Of a DNA stretch of 64,000 nucleotides, positions 62,306 to 64,000 are shown in pieces. The position numbers and the translations under genes are program-made. Position 1 is the stretch's first letter; every line of letters starts with the position of its first letter. The stretch lies in IMG/VR virus record IMGVR_UViG_3300028909_000001; one strand, written 5' to 3'. Under the pieces are notes generated by a model. It saw only the letters and a program-made list of their open reading frames with translations. It made no database searches and was not told the origin of the DNA. This DNA comes from a virus (lineage: Duplodnaviria > Caudoviricetes).

Positions 62306-64000
62306 TTATATATCATTTTTAGATTGGTCATTAGAATTGATATCCATATTTGGCATCTGTTTTTTTAGGAAGATTACCAGATCTCCTAAATTATTAAATA
62401 CATTTTTAACTAATTCAATTAGTTCTGGAAGTTGATCTTTGCCGAACAATTCATCAAATTCATCAGTATTCCAATAAGTTAAAAACAACATTTTACCAAG
62501 TTTATCTAGAGCCGATACAAAGTTAGGCACGTATTCCTGTATTTTATCTCCAGAATTAGTATATTTAGCCAATGCACCAATAGTCTGGGTATCGAATATT
62601 TCTTTTTGTCCTTGTTGAGCTAATTGAACTGCATGATTGATTGTACCGTCTAATTGTGCTTCATCAGGCTTAACCCCCAAACCTTGCTGTGTAGGATCTT
62701 TGGTATACCCATCACTACAATCATGCTGGTCTACCCAAGGAATGCCATAATAAGTAGGTTGCCCAGCTTCATTACTTTCCGGAGTTTCATCTTGTAGAGT
62801 TAAAGTATGGTCACCTAACACAGATATTTTAACCATTCCTTCTCTTTTCTTATTAGGAATTAGGTCAGCCAAAACTGCCTCTGCATCCTTTTCTCTCAAT
62901 CCAATATCAGTAACCATTGCAATTTTAGCTTCAAGTGGATTTGCATAAGTTACTTTTGCGCCAGCTACATTAAGGAAGAAGTCACTACCATTTGTGTGTA
63001 AAGTTAACGGGAAAGTATTGTTCTCTCTAAGGAAACTAGTTAGATAACATAGACCACCAGGTTTGCCAGACTTGATTTCAGACTGCTGTTTCTGACCCTC
63101 CATTCTCTGTTTATCTTGTTGTGTCTTGGAAGCAGAATAATCTATGTCAGGACGATAATAAGAACTTAAATGTATTTTAAGCAATTTGAATCCTTTAGGA
63201 ACATAGACAGCCTTATTACGATGTTCTAGTTTATCCCCTGGTTTTTTAGTAAGTACCAATATTGTTTCGCCATTGTCTTTCTTCCTAGGTTCACCACAGT
63301 TATAAGCTTTTTTAGCTTCATTATACCAGGTAGGTTCAATTTTAAGCCTTCTAATACCAGAACCATCTTTATAGTTCTCAATGATTCTAAAAGGTTCAGT
63401 AGCTTTAAGATTCTCATTCAATAATACATAGTCATCATAGCTAGGCAAGGCTTCAGCTAATTCCTCCAAATTCTTCATAGCCTCACTTATATCTTTAACT
63501 ACTATTTGGTCCTTAATAAATATATCCTTTACATTGCAATCATAGGCCTGTCCCGGTCTAGCTGCTTGTAAATCTATAACCAAGGCTTTATCATGACCAT
63601 AACCAGGTATTAATGATTCAACACTAGTTAATACTAACCCATATCTAATAGTACCTAACTCAGTTATATATGGATAAAAACCAGTTTGTACAGGGTTGCT
63701 AAACTGCTCAGTAAACTTAAAGATACCAACTTCAGATATCTCTTCCTTCATTCTATTATCTACAATAGAAATTCCTTTAGTAACCAGTTCTTTCTTAGTA
63801 TGTTCAGACAAATCTTTAAAGTTAGTTTCGGTATCAAAGTCTATTACCTTTAATTTCTTAGGTTTAGCTTCTTTTACAATAGCTGGAACAGTCAAAGCTT
63901 CAGCAATTGCATTATCAGAATAGAATGTCCTGACAGCATCAGTAAATTCAGCATTCTTATTCATAACGTCCCAAAATGCTTCTTTAACTGAATTATCCGA
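62306..64000 (-). CDS. Large head-module protein (5'-truncated by window edge)
   Basis: Frame stays open from 64000 (SDNSVKEAFWDV-MNKNAE...), so the real start lies outside the window. Confidence 0.75.
   Translation of the reverse strand, partial: SDNSVKEAFWDVMNKNAEFTDAVRTFYSDNAIAEALTVPAIVKEAKPKKLKVIDFDTETNFKDLSEHTKKELVTKGISIVDNRMKEEISEVGIFKFTEQFSNPVQTGFYPYITELGTIRYGLVLTSVESLIPGYGHDKALVIDLQAARPGQAYDCNVKDIFIKDQIVVKDISEAMKNLEELAEALPSYDDYVLLNENLKATEPFRIIENYKDGSGIRRLKIEPTWYNEAKKAYNCGEPRKKDNGETILVLTKKPGDKLEHRNKAVYVPKGFKLLKIHLSSYYRPDIDYSASKTQQDKQRMEGQKQQSEIKSGKPGGLCYLTSFLRENNTFPLTLHTNGSDFFLNVAGAKVTYANPLEAKIAMVTDIGLREKDAEAVLADLIPNKKREGMVKISVLGDHTLTLQDETPESNEAGQPTYYGIPWVDQHDCSDGYTKDPTQQGLGVKPDEAQLDGTINHAVQLAQQGQKEIFDTQTIGALAKYTNSGDKIQEYVPNFVSALDKLGKMLFLTYWNTDEFDELFGKDQLPELIELVKNVFNNLGDLVIFLKKQMPNMDINSNDQSKNDI

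Noticed and set aside
20460-63923. Antisense or alternate-frame ORFs in the morphogenesis operon (e.g. 47310, 50392, 51079, 53777, 54566, 55338, 58879, 59849, 63226, 63696)
   Set aside because: They mirror the Lys/Glu/Ala- or Gly-rich codon patterns of real genes on the other strand or frame, with no independent evidence.
1-64000. Alternative genetic code (stop-codon reassignment)
   Set aside because: Genes tile densely under code 11. TGA (ATGA overlaps) and TAG (1238, 2653, 4943) end genes at or just before the next start or promoter, and known domains are not interrupted.
1-64000. tRNA, rRNA or other structured RNA genes; terminase and portal genes
   Set aside because: No intergenic gap shows a cloverleaf or rRNA signature, and I found no Walker A terminase or recognisable portal. 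59479-60870 and 62306-64000 could not be assigned as portal from motifs.

Overview
AT-rich segment of a large tailed phage with a contractile tail (myovirus morphology; Gram-negative host inferred). Three blocks are visible. (1) 1-7.7 kb, + strand: a translationally coupled accessory array. Nine paralogous (Cys-x-x)n genes alternate with cargo genes (macrodomain, HCx5R phosphatase, SGNH hydrolase, probable outer-membrane beta-barrel). Twelve genes from two unrelated families end in the same C-terminal peptide, R-[RKL]-L-[ED]-[PLI]-[DE]-L-stop, and the Cys genes show exact block exchange between copies. (2) 7.9-17.3 kb, + strand: tail-fibre/tailspike-like genes. Three large ones carry signal-peptide-like N-termini and two contain GC-rich captured segments. 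(3) 17.3-64 kb, almost all - strand: the morphogenesis operon. It holds baseplate and fibre paralogues, a sigma70-family factor, tape measure, tail chaperones with a -1 slippery site, spike, tube, sheath, neck, major capsid, scaffold, an intein-containing probable prohead protease, a LigD-phosphoesterase/ligase fusion, glycine-zipper proteins and five free-standing endonucleases. Head-module proteins share recurrent K-x-A and GFxKxA motifs, and an intergenic WATGAAAGAAGA motif occurs five times. I saw no terminase, portal, tRNA, CRISPR array or reverse transcriptase. All functional calls come from motif recognition by eye; no database search was run.
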